A DNA stretch of 53,540 bases, taken from NCBI GenBank assembly GCA_002067865.1, contig MVRC01000018.1, forward strand, positions 1 to 53,540, given 5' to 3'. Below, piece by piece: positions 36,791-45,896 of this stretch. The first letter of the stretch is position 1, and each line of letters begins with the position of its first letter. Both the position numbers and the translations under genes were made by a program. This DNA is from Methanomassiliicoccales archaeon PtaU1.Bin124. Lineage in GTDB: Archaea; Thermoplasmatota; Thermoplasmata; Methanomassiliicoccales; UBA472. The notes beneath the pieces are model-generated. The model did no database searches, had not been told where the DNA came from, and saw only the letters and a program-made list of their open reading frames with translations.

Positions 36791-38524
36791 ATGAGCACTG
36801 AGACCACACTGTTGTTCAACATCACCTTGATGTTGGTCATCGCCGGCATCTGCTCTATCCTCCTCAAGAAGATCAAACTGCCGGCCATCATCGGGTATAT
36901 TTTTGCCGGATTCCTGCTGAGCCCATACATCTTCCAGGAAGTCGTCATCAACCAGGATCTCGTCTCCATCTTCTCCAGCATCGGTATCGTGCTGTTGATG
37001 TTCTATATCGGCCTAGAGTTGAACCTGGGTGGCCTGAAGAAGGTCGCATCGTATGCCGCCACGATCGTCATCATTGAGATGCCGCTCATGGTCATCATCG
37101 GGTATACGGCCGGTGTCCTCATGGGCTATGCCCTCGGGGAGGCTTTGTTCCTGGGGGTGGTCATCTCGTGTGCGAGCACTGCCGTGGTCCTCGGAATAAT
37201 GAGGGACAACAAGAACATCGATTACAGGCTCTCTAGGGCCGTAACGGGCATACTCGTTCTGGAGGATATCGGTTTCATCATCATCCTGGCGGTGGCGTCG
37301 CCCATCATGGGGACGACCTCTTCCGGCTCCATCTTCAGCACCCTTCTCATCATCGCCATCTTCATCGGCATAACGGTCGTCATCGGGCTGACCATCATCC
37401 CGAGGTTCCTGGAATGGGTCAACAAACACTATCCCGGGGAGATATTGTTCCTGGTGGGGACGGGTTTTGCCTTCGGCCTGGCATTGATATCAAGTTCGCT
37501 TGGGCTTTCTGAGGCCATCGGCGCGTTCCTGGCAGGGATACTCATCTCCCAGGCGGATTGCTGCGATACGATGATCAGGAAGGTGGAACCGATGAAGGAG
37601 ATGTTCATGGCCATCTTCTTCCTTTCCATCGGGATGCAATTGGACCCGACCCTGATGTGGAGCGGCCTAGGTCTCGCGATATTGATCGCCGTCATATTTG
37701 TCCTGGGCAAGGTCCTCAGCATCGGGATTGGCTGTATGGTGGCGAACTTCCGCAGCAGGTCCGCCTTCTTTGTGGCCACGAGCATGGTGGCGATGGGAGA
37801 GTTCTCTTTCGTCGTGGCCAAGCAGGCGCTCGATGCCAATGTCATAACCAACGGTCTGTATGCATCGATCGTCGGTGCAGCGGTCATCACTATGATCGCG
37901 CTGCCGCTCGTCTCCAAGTCGTCCCCGAAATTGTTCAATTGGTTCGTAAAACATCTTCCGAAAAGGGCGTTTGAAACGCTGGATCGAATGGAGAACAGCA
38001 GGCTGGAGGTCAGGGCAAAGGTGGCTCGATCGGAGCATGCCAAGCACATGATCCGCCGCCAGCTGCTCTACGTCATCATCGATGTCGTGTACGTGATCGC
38101 GGTTCTATTGGGGATAAATGTTCTGGTGCTCTTGTATTCCACCGGTCAGGTCATACTGTTCATAGTCGCGGTGGTGATGGTCCTACCAGCCTTAGTTCAC
38201 ATGTCCAAGCGCATGAGGGTCATTTCCGAGATCATGGTTAGCACGATACCTAACGAGTCTGGTAAGGACCGGTCCAAACGCCTCCAGGCGTTCAAGTTCT
38301 TCAACAATGTCAATTCCATGGCGCTGTTCGTCCTGATGCTGGGCATAATCCTCCCCCTGCTGCCGAAACCGGAAGGGCTCCCGATATCCCCTATCGGGAT
38401 CGTCCTGGCACTGGCGATCGTGGTCTGGCTGGCATGGGATACCATCAACTCCCGGTACGACAAGGTGGCGGCCATTCTCAGCCGGTCGTTCACCGATCTA
38501 AAAGAGGACGACGACCATCACTGA
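36791..38524 (+). CDS. Monovalent cation:proton antiporter, CPA2 family (Kef/NhaP-type Na+/H+ exchanger membrane domain)
   Basis: 577 aa, ~12 TM helices. N-terminal LPAIIGYIFAGFLLSP motif typical of Na+/H+-exchanger family. Confidence 0.7.
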   Translation: MSTETTLLFNITLMLVIAGICSILLKKIKLPAIIGYIFAGFLLSPYIFQEVVINQDLVSIFSSIGIVLLMFYIGLELNLGGLKKVASYAATIVIIEMPLMVIIGYTAGVLMGYALGEALFLGVVISCASTAVVLGIMRDNKNIDYRLSRAVTGILVLEDIGFIIILAVASPIMGTTSSGSIFSTLLIIAIFIGITVVIGLTIIPRFLEWVNKHYPGEILFLVGTGFAFGLALISSSLGLSEAIGAFLAGILISQADCCDTMIRKVEPMKEMFMAIFFLSIGMQLDPTLMWSGLGLAILIAVIFVLGKVLSIGIGCMVANFRSRSAFFVATSMVAMGEFSFVVAKQALDANVITNGLYASIVGAAVITMIALPLVSKSSPKLFNWFVKHLPKRAFETLDRMENSRLEVRAKVARSEHAKHMIRRQLLYVIIDVVYVIAVLLGINVLVLLYSTGQVILFIVAVVMVLPALVHMSKRMRVISEIMVSTIPNESGKDRSKRLQAFKFFNNVNSMALFVLMLGIILPLLPKPEGLPISPIGIVLALAIVVWLAWDTINSRYDKVAAILSRSFTDLKEDDDHH

Positions 38525-39777
38525 GCAGGACCGGCCGCGGTCTTCTCCGCCATCCTGGCCTTGACAGCGCTCGAGACGATGTAACCCATCACCGAACCGA
38601 TGACGATCACGGGTACCAATGCTGGCTGGACCGCCAGTCCCAAGAAAAGCGCCACCGACAAAGGTATCGGCCATATCGCGCAGATGAACGAGGACATCAG
38701 CACCAAGATGCACACCCCCTCCGGGATGAATGGCAGGAGAAGGGAAACGGCCATACCAAATGTGCCGCCGATGAACAGGAGCGGGAATATCGGCCCTCCT
38801 TTGTACCCAGACCCGAAGGATATGGACATGGTGACCATCTTCGCCGCAACCAATGCCAGGAGGACCAAAGCCCCCTCCTGCTTGAACGTCGTCAGGAGCG
38901 ATTGCAGGCTTGACTGGCCAGAATAAAGGGATAGCGGCAGAAGGACACCGATGCAACCGAACACAGCCGCACCCAGCAACGCCCTTTGCACCGGCCGTGA
39001 CCTAAACATGGCCAGCCCCTTGCCCGAGCCTCTCATCAGCAGCATGTGGATTATGCCCAGACCCGCACCGAGCAGGCCGAGCAAGAACGCATAGAAGAGG
39101 TCGATCATTCTGGGGGCATCATAACCGGGGAAGGAGAAAGTGAACGATAACGAGGTCCCCAGAAGCAGGTAGAAGCCAGCATAGCCCACTGCCGCCGCCA
39201 CCAGGGCAGGTACGATCAGGCGGTAATAGTCCAGCTTCTTGATGAACATGTATTCCAACGAGACCACGACACCGACCACTGGCGAACTGAAGAATCCGCC
39301 GAAACAGCCGGCGATGGCGGCGAAGACGATGATCTTCAGATCCTCTTTCGAAAGCCGGAGCCGCTCGGATATGTAAGTTCCCACCCCTCCGGTCAGGTCG
39401 GACAGTGCCCCCTCGGGCCCTACGCTGGCTCCGGAAAGAAGCGAGACGAACGATGTCCCGATGATGTCAGGAAGATGGCGATGGTCGATCTTGCCCGTCT
39501 CGTCGAACTCCCTTTGCGCATGGCCGAGGCCACTGTTCTCCCCATATCTTTTGATCAACAGGCCAACTATGAGACCGCAGGCAAGTGCCAGACCGATCGT
39601 GAATATCCAGAACAGGTCAGACGGCAGTAACCCCCGTTTCAGGTCGCCGTTGAGGAATTCGGTCACCCCTTGGACGGTGACAAGGAAGACGACGGTGAGA
39701 ACAGAGGAGACGAGACCCACTAGCGCAGCCAGACCAGAAAGCCGCAACAATCCTCTGTCCCCATCGTTCCCGCCCAT
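38518..39777 (-). CDS. ClC-family voltage-gated chloride channel / H+-Cl- antiporter
   Basis: GASVGPEGA (GxxGPEG selectivity motif) and GYKGGPIFP (GxFxP) motifs. Confidence 0.75.
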   Translation of the reverse strand: MGGNDGDRGLLRLSGLAALVGLVSSVLTVVFLVTVQGVTEFLNGDLKRGLLPSDLFWIFTIGLALACGLIVGLLIKRYGENSGLGHAQREFDETGKIDHRHLPDIIGTSFVSLLSGASVGPEGALSDLTGGVGTYISERLRLSKEDLKIIVFAAIAGCFGGFFSSPVVGVVVSLEYMFIKKLDYYRLIVPALVAAAVGYAGFYLLLGTSLSFTFSFPGYDAPRMIDLFYAFLLGLLGAGLGIIHMLLMRGSGKGLAMFRSRPVQRALLGAAVFGCIGVLLPLSLYSGQSSLQSLLTTFKQEGALVLLALVAAKMVTMSISFGSGYKGGPIFPLLFIGGTFGMAVSLLLPFIPEGVCILVLMSSFICAIWPIPLSVALFLGLAVQPALVPVIVIGSVMGYIVSSAVKARMAEKTAAGPAQ

Positions 39778-39856
39778 GTTCCCTGAACCGTCTGGAACGA
39801 TAATAATACATCGCCACGGCTGAAAAATAAAAAAATGAGAAGAAAGGGGTTTTAGC

Positions 39857-40954
39857 TCACGGACCTTCGGTGGGCTTCTTCTTCGAGATGAGATCGCGGA
39901 CCTGCTCGGCCTGGACCTGTTCCTTCTCGATGTCCGCCTCTACCTGGGTCAGGTCGCGGCGCAGCTCCTCGTATTTCGGGATGGGCCCGAGGATGTCCTC
40001 CGGCTTACCCACGGTGTCTGCCAGCTCTTCCTTCGTGGCCATGTGCTTCTCCGGCAGCTTCTGGGAAACGCCCAGATACTCCGAGACGCCCTCGACCAGC
40101 TTGGTGACCTCGAACGGCAGGATCCACTTGGTGGACTGACCCTGGCCCAGCGCCTTCATGGTGTCAAGCGATAGGACGGTAAGTGCCTTGGAATCCAGCG
40201 AGTAAGCACCGACCGACAGTATGCGCAACCTTTGCGCCTCACCCTGGCTCTGCAGGATGATGGCCACACGTTCACCCTCGGCCTCCAGGACCTTCGCCTG
40301 GCGGAGACCTTCTGCTTGGAGGATGCGCGCCCTCTTCTCACCTTCCGCGCTTAGAATGGCGGCGGTCTTGGAACCGTCCGCCTTCAGGATCGCAGCCCTC
40401 CTTAGCCTCTCGGCCGAGGTCTGCTCCTCCATGGCCTGCTTGACCTTTGGAGCAGGGTCGACCTCGCGTATCTCGACCGCTTCTACCTTCACGCCCCACT
40501 TGTCGGTCGCCTCATCCAGGATGTCCCTCAGGCGGAGGTTGATCTTCTCTCTGTTGGACAATATCTCGTCCAGGTCCATGTCACCGATGATGGAACGCAG
40601 GGTGGTCTGGGCCAGATAGATGGTTGCTGCTCGATAGTCAGTCACCTGGAAGAACGCCTTGCTCGGGTCGATGACCTTGATGTAGATGATAGCATCAACG
40701 TTCACAGGCGAGTTGTCCTTGGTGATGACCTCCTGGCGGGGGACGTCCAGCACCTGGGTACGCAGGTCTAGCTTGATGACCTCATTGACAAGCGGTGTGA
40801 CAAAATTGAAACCCTGGTTCAATATCCTCACGAACCTGCCCAGCCGCATGTAAACGGCCTGTTCATATGGCCTGACTATCTTGATCCCGTTGATGGCGAT
40901 GAGCAACGATGCGATGATCGCCAGGAACAGTAACGCGATTATCCATTCATCCAT
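39857..40954 (-). CDS. Stomatin/prohibitin-like SPFH (band 7) protein
   Basis: N-terminal TM helix, SPFH domain (IVRPYEQAVYMRLGRF...TKDNSPVNVDAIIYIKV), C-terminal coiled-coil. Confidence 0.8.
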   Translation of the reverse strand: MDEWIIALLFLAIIASLLIAINGIKIVRPYEQAVYMRLGRFVRILNQGFNFVTPLVNEVIKLDLRTQVLDVPRQEVITKDNSPVNVDAIIYIKVIDPSKAFFQVTDYRAATIYLAQTTLRSIIGDMDLDEILSNREKINLRLRDILDEATDKWGVKVEAVEIREVDPAPKVKQAMEEQTSAERLRRAAILKADGSKTAAILSAEGEKRARILQAEGLRQAKVLEAEGERVAIILQSQGEAQRLRILSVGAYSLDSKALTVLSLDTMKALGQGQSTKWILPFEVTKLVEGVSEYLGVSQKLPEKHMATKEELADTVGKPEDILGPIPKYEELRRDLTQVEADIEKEQVQAEQVRDLISKKKPTEGP

Positions 40955-40978
40955 TTGATTCCTCCTCCAACACTCTCT

Positions 40979-41428
40979 TCACTTTATTTCCGTGACCTTC
41001 ACATGCACGCCTTCGCTCTCCACCACGACGACCTTGATGCCAGATGCGATCGTATGGTCGGCTGTGGCGCTCCAATCATCATGGTCTATGCGGACCTTGC
41101 CAGTAAGAACGTTGGGCTTTACCTCCGCAGTAACAACACCCATCTTACCGACCAGCGAGGTGGCCACGATCGTTTCGGGTGGTGCCGGCGGGGCCAGGCG
41201 CTGGTATAGCTTGATCGTGATATAGGTCATTGGGACCAGGATCAGGACAGCGATGATGGGGGAATAGATCGACATCAATATGTCCGGGAAAGCTAGCCCT
41301 AAGAATCCCAGCACGATGAGGACCGTGCCCGGTACCAATAGGAACGTGCCCGGCATGGTGAGCTCTGCAAGTAACAAGAGCACGCCGAGCACGACGAAGG
41401 CTATCGATAGTCCTACTACGAAATCCAT
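40979..41428 (-). CDS. nfeD: NfeD-like membrane protein (stomatin operon partner, short form with C-terminal OB-fold)
   Basis: Two to three TM helices then a beta-rich C-terminal domain (VGKMGVVTAEVKPNVLTGKVRIDHDDWSATAD). Immediately upstream of stomatin on the same strand. ATG at 41428. Confidence 0.65.
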   Translation of the reverse strand: MDFVVGLSIAFVVLGVLLLLAELTMPGTFLLVPGTVLIVLGFLGLAFPDILMSIYSPIIAVLILVPMTYITIKLYQRLAPPAPPETIVATSLVGKMGVVTAEVKPNVLTGKVRIDHDDWSATADHTIASGIKVVVVESEGVHVKVTEIK

Positions 41429-41615
41429 GGTCGGATAATTGTGGAACCCGGTATTTATTATATGTTCCACTTTAAGGAGCATATTATCCTAAATAGGAAA
41501 TTTTGTGGTTTTTCTTTCAATTATGTGCTTCGAAAATGAACTTCAGGCGGAAATCTGTTCCTTAAAAACAAATGATAAGTAATGCTAGCTCCCAACAGCT
41601 CTACAAGTGATCTGA

Positions 41616-42293
41616 ATGTCTGAGCAGAACGGACAGCAATCGGAAATGGCAGGACATATTCCGTTGATCGGTGAAAAGTTCCCCGCCATGGAGGTCAAGA
41701 CCACATTGGGGGCCGTAAGGTTGCCGGATGATTTCAAGGGCAAATGGATAGTCCTCTTCAGCCATCCCGCGGATTTTACTCCCATATGCACGACCGAGTT
41801 CGTAGCGTTCGCCAAGAGGCACGAGGAGTTCGAGAGCACGAACGCGCAGTTGATCGGCCTCTCGGTCGACCAGCTCTTCAGCCACATGAAGTGGATCGAG
41901 TGGATCGAGGATAACATGCATGTCCAGGTGCCATTCCCTCTCATCGCCGATGATGTGGGTGCAATAGCCAACCGACTCGGCATGATCCATCCTTCCCGGG
42001 CCACGAACACCGTCAGGGCGGTCTTCATAATCGACCCAGAAGGCAAGATCAGGTTGATCATTTACTACCCTCAGGAAGTGGGCCGAAGCGTTTCAGAGAT
42101 ATTGAGGTCATTGAAGGCCTTGCAGTTCTCTGACGCTAACCATGTATCCACTCCGGAGAACTGGCCCAATAATGAGTTCCTAGGGGACAAAGTGGTCATT
42201 CCGCCGCCCAGGGACTTCAAGAGCGCCATGGAACGAAAGAAGAGGATCGGAGAGGACTGCTACGACTGGTGGTTCTGCACCAAGAAGGTATGA
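41616..42293 (+). CDS. Peroxiredoxin (AhpC/TSA family, Prx6-like 1-Cys/2-Cys)
   Basis: FTPICTTEF peroxidatic Cys motif. 225 aa. Confidence 0.85.
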   Translation: MSEQNGQQSEMAGHIPLIGEKFPAMEVKTTLGAVRLPDDFKGKWIVLFSHPADFTPICTTEFVAFAKRHEEFESTNAQLIGLSVDQLFSHMKWIEWIEDNMHVQVPFPLIADDVGAIANRLGMIHPSRATNTVRAVFIIDPEGKIRLIIYYPQEVGRSVSEILRSLKALQFSDANHVSTPENWPNNEFLGDKVVIPPPRDFKSAMERKKRIGEDCYDWWFCTKKV

Positions 42294-42296
42294 GGT

Positions 42297-43574
42297 TCAA
42301 AGCGTGAGCAGCAGCATGCTCGCCAGCAGCGTCAGGAACGTTATCGGAAGGCCTGCCTTAACGAACTGCCAGAGGGACACCTCCACCCCGGCCGCAGAGG
42401 CCTTCTCCACCACTATCACGTTAGCTGCGGCCCCCAGAATGGTGGCGTTCCCTGCCAGGGTGGAACTGGCGGCCAACGCAAGCCATAGGCTGGAGGTACC
42501 TATATGGGAGACGAAAGGGGCTAGGAGCATGACCGCAGGGACGTTGCTGATCAGGTTGGACAGGATGGCACAGAATCCGCTGAGGCCCGGGATGGTCTCC
42601 ATTCCGCCCCCGCCAACGCTCTGGAAGAAGTTGATCATCTCGGTCAGGAGCCCCGATACCTCCACACCCTTCAACAGAACGAAGAGCCCGATGAAGAAAA
42701 GCAACAATGTCCAGTCGACCTTGAGCACCATCTCCTTGGCGTTCGCCTTCCGGTTGATCAGGGGCAGGGCGAACAGCACGACGATGCCTCCAGCCAATGC
42801 GATCAGCGACAACGGCATGCCCCAATACTGGGCCGATATGAATCCGACGAAGACAAGGACCAGTACACCCAGGACCAGATAGATCGAGCGGTCCATCTTT
42901 CCCGCCCCGAGCCCGTTCATGGCCATGGCACAGTCGATCCGGCGTCCCTTGCCATCATCGCCCGCCAGGTTCTTCCGGAAGACCACCCAGATCATCCCGA
43001 TGGCGATCAACAGGGAGATGACCGCCACCGGGAACAGGTGGATGAAGAACTCATTGAACGTCAGGCCTGATTGGACTGCGATGTAGGCGTTCTGAGGATT
43101 GCCCACGGGTGTGGCGACGCTCCCGATGTTGGCAGATACGGCCTCGGCAACGAGGAATGGCACAGGGTTGGCGCTGCTGACCTGGCAGCATTTGATGACC
43201 ACGGGGGTGAAGAGGAGGACCACCGTATCGTTGAGGATGAGCGCGGAGAGAACGGCCGTCACCACCATTATCAGCACCAGGAGGCGCAGTTGGTCCCCGG
43301 CCCTTTTGACGACCTCCCTGGCCAGCAGGTCGAAGAAGCCGCATATCTCCAGTCCGATCACGATGAGCATCATGCCCAGGAGCAGAGCGAGCGTGTTGAG
43401 GTCGATAGCCTGCATCGTCTGCTCGGCCGATAGTACCCCCAACAGCACCATGGCCGCCGCCCCCAACAGCGCTATGGCGAATCGGTCCAGGACCACCACT
43501 CTGAGGTTCCTTACCGAGATGAGAATGTAGGTAGGGATGAAGATGAGCAGGGCAATGAGCGCGGCCGTTTCCAT
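42297..43574 (-). CDS. ArsB/NhaD-superfamily (IT superfamily) anion permease
   Basis: 425 aa polytopic. GNPQNAYIA motif. Duplicated hairpin motifs IDLNTLALLLGMMLIVIGLE and VDWTLLLFFIGLFVLLKGVE. Confidence 0.65.
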   Translation of the reverse strand: METAALIALLIFIPTYILISVRNLRVVVLDRFAIALLGAAAMVLLGVLSAEQTMQAIDLNTLALLLGMMLIVIGLEICGFFDLLAREVVKRAGDQLRLLVLIMVVTAVLSALILNDTVVLLFTPVVIKCCQVSSANPVPFLVAEAVSANIGSVATPVGNPQNAYIAVQSGLTFNEFFIHLFPVAVISLLIAIGMIWVVFRKNLAGDDGKGRRIDCAMAMNGLGAGKMDRSIYLVLGVLVLVFVGFISAQYWGMPLSLIALAGGIVVLFALPLINRKANAKEMVLKVDWTLLLFFIGLFVLLKGVEVSGLLTEMINFFQSVGGGGMETIPGLSGFCAILSNLISNVPAVMLLAPFVSHIGTSSLWLALAASSTLAGNATILGAAANVIVVEKASAAGVEVSLWQFVKAGLPITFLTLLASMLLLTL

Positions 43575-43627
43575 TCGACCCCCTCATACCTCTGGCGCTG
43601 AAAAAGCTTGCCTAATGACGCCTGCTC

Positions 43628-44068
43628 TCAGACCCCTGGCCGCCGCACCACTCGGTCCAGAACATACATGATGGACAGATTGTCGAACCCAAGGGGTCTT
43701 ATGCTTCGGTCGATCAGGCTCAGCAGGTCCCTATCGCTCTCAGCCTTAATCCGGAACATGATCCTCCTCTCCCCCGTGGTATGCAGCAGCTCGCTGACGC
43801 TCTCCAGGCTGAGAAGTCCGGACAAAGCCTCGCCCTCCTTTTCATATGGCACGTCCGCAGAGACATAGGCGTCGGCCGATATGCCCATGCGGTCCTCATC
43901 GACCACGATCGAGTAACCAAGGATGGTCCTCTCGTCCTCCATCCTCTTGACCCTGTCCCGGATTGTGGAGGGTGACCTGTCCAGTGCTGTTCCGAGCTCC
44001 TCGTTGGTGAGCTTCCCGTTCTTCTTGAGCAGCGCCAAAATGCGCTGGTCTAGCTCGTCCTGGACCAT
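43628..44068 (-). CDS. lrp: Lrp/AsnC-family transcriptional regulator
   Basis: LDQRILALLKKNGKLTNEELGTALDRSPSTIRDRVKRMEDERTILGY HTH followed by a RAM domain. Confidence 0.85.
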   Translation of the reverse strand: MVQDELDQRILALLKKNGKLTNEELGTALDRSPSTIRDRVKRMEDERTILGYSIVVDEDRMGISADAYVSADVPYEKEGEALSGLLSLESVSELLHTTGERRIMFRIKAESDRDLLSLIDRSIRPLGFDNLSIMYVLDRVVRRPGV

Positions 44069-44116
44069 ATCATCAGCTAATTAGGGCCCCGGATATATTT
44101 TCCTTTTCCGAGAGCC

Positions 44117-44845
44117 TCATGGACACTGGCGGACCTTCAAGGCATCTGAGACGATGCGGGCATGGTCTGCGGCCAGCTCAGGCAATCTGTCCAATGGGAA
44201 CAGGAACGCCTCGGCGGCATCATCGCCTCCCTTCAGCTCCCCCCCGACATGCCTTAGGTTGAACACCACCGTGATGAAGTGACCTCGCGGGTCCCTCTGC
44301 GGGTCAGAATATGTTCCGGCCAGCCCAATGACCTCCACGTCCAATCCGGTCTCCTCCTTCACCTCACGCACGACGCACCGTTCCAGCGTTTCGCCATACT
44401 CAACAATGCCTCCTGGCAGGGCGTACATGCCCAGGAACGGTTCCTTCCCTCTCCGGATGAGTACCAGTTTGCCGTCCACCAGCACCACCCCGTCCGTAGT
44501 GATCCAGGGCTTCATCCACAGATTCACGAGCTGCTGCCTCAGCATGCCTTCGTTGAGGCGGTACGTGCTGATGGCCTCCTTCCCTTCCGGCGTCAATAGC
44601 AGGGAATTGCCCGCGATCTCCACCAGGGGGGTTCCCGACTGGCCATTGATGGAATCGATGATACCAACGACGTCCCCATCAGGGATCCCGAAAGCCTTGG
44701 CGACGGCATCGATGTCCCCCATCTTCTGCACGGTCTCGATCAGCGAGCAAAGGATCGCATCCAGGACCACCTTGCCGTCCTTCCTCAGCACCAGCTCCGC
44801 ATCAGGCTCAAAACCCATGAGCATCCAGTAACGGTTACAAGGCAT
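44117..44845 (-). CDS. ModE-like winged-helix domain fused to a NUDIX hydrolase
   Basis: N-terminal LDAILCSLIETVQKMGDIDAVAKAFGIPDGDVVGIIDSINGQSGTPLVE resembles the ModE N-terminal/LysR-type HTH. C-terminal Nudix box GGIVEYGETLERCVVREVKEETGL. Confidence 0.65.
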   Translation of the reverse strand: MPCNRYWMLMGFEPDAELVLRKDGKVVLDAILCSLIETVQKMGDIDAVAKAFGIPDGDVVGIIDSINGQSGTPLVEIAGNSLLLTPEGKEAISTYRLNEGMLRQQLVNLWMKPWITTDGVVLVDGKLVLIRRGKEPFLGMYALPGGIVEYGETLERCVVREVKEETGLDVEVIGLAGTYSDPQRDPRGHFITVVFNLRHVGGELKGGDDAAEAFLFPLDRLPELAADHARIVSDALKVRQCP

Positions 44846-44878
44846 AAATTAATAGCTAGCTTCGCTTAACCTTCGAGC

Positions 44879-45877
44879 GTGCTGAACTTCAGAAAGCAGA
44901 TTCCCACCATCATGACGTCCCAGGAGATCCTGGACAAGGCGTTCAAGCGGGCCGTCAAGATCGACTCAGAAGGTGAGTCAAAGTTCGATATGATCAAGAA
45001 GAAGTCGGTGGCCAGGATAACCGCCACCGGCGATATCATCAGTACGCTTCTGGTCAAGTACAACCGGTCCTTTCCCAGCGTCAACAAGCGCGAAGGGTTC
45101 ATGGTCGAGCTGATGTGCGTCATGGTCGACATGGACGAGCTCAAACAATCGCTATCAAAGCTGGAATGGGCTGCGGAGAAGGTAGGCCAGCTGAGGAAGG
45201 GGTATATCGCCAAGGTCAAGGCGTCCAGGAACCTCAACGAGCTGGACGATGCCCGCAAGGAATATTATGGCCGCATGTCGTCCATCGTGCACCGTCTGGA
45301 CAAGGATCTGGCGGTATTGGCAGCGGCCAGGGAGAGATATCGCACCATTCCGATGGTCGATGAGGACATCCCCACCATCGTCATCGCAGGATTCCCCAAC
45401 GTTGGAAAGAGCCAACTGGTGGAACTGATATCCACGGCGAAGCCGGAGATCGCCCCCTATCCGTTCACCACCCAAGGCATCGGCGTGGGGCATTTCACTG
45501 CAGGCTGGAGGAAGTTCCAGGTGATCGATACCCCCGGTCTATTGGACCGGCCGCTGGAGGACCGCAATCAGATCGAGCTGCAGGCGATTTTGGCCTTGAA
45601 ATATCTGGCCGATATCATCGTGTTCATACTGGACCCTTCGGAAACAGCTGGTTACACCATGGAACAGCAGGAGAACCTGCTTCGCTCCGTTAGAACCAAT
45701 TTCGAGGGAATCCCGATCATCGAGGTGGAGAACAAGGTGGACATCCTTCGTTCCGACAGCGATAGGATGAAGATCTCCGCCAAGAACGGCATCGGAACGG
45801 ATGCGTTGGTCGAGGAACTGATCAAGTACCTCCGCCAGCTTGAAAAGGAACAGAACGTGATGCTGCCCAAGGAGTGA
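44879..45877 (+). CDS. NOG1-family GTPase (archaeal Nog1 homolog)
   Basis: GTG start. N-terminal FRKQIPTIMTSQEILDKAFKRA (NOG1 N-domain). G1 IAGFPNVGKS, G3 DTPG, G4 NKVD. Confidence 0.8.
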   Translation: MLNFRKQIPTIMTSQEILDKAFKRAVKIDSEGESKFDMIKKKSVARITATGDIISTLLVKYNRSFPSVNKREGFMVELMCVMVDMDELKQSLSKLEWAAEKVGQLRKGYIAKVKASRNLNELDDARKEYYGRMSSIVHRLDKDLAVLAAARERYRTIPMVDEDIPTIVIAGFPNVGKSQLVELISTAKPEIAPYPFTTQGIGVGHFTAGWRKFQVIDTPGLLDRPLEDRNQIELQAILALKYLADIIVFILDPSETAGYTMEQQENLLRSVRTNFEGIPIIEVENKVDILRSDSDRMKISAKNGIGTDALVEELIKYLRQLEKEQNVMLPKE

Positions 45878-45896
45878 AGGAAGGGAGGAGTGCGGA

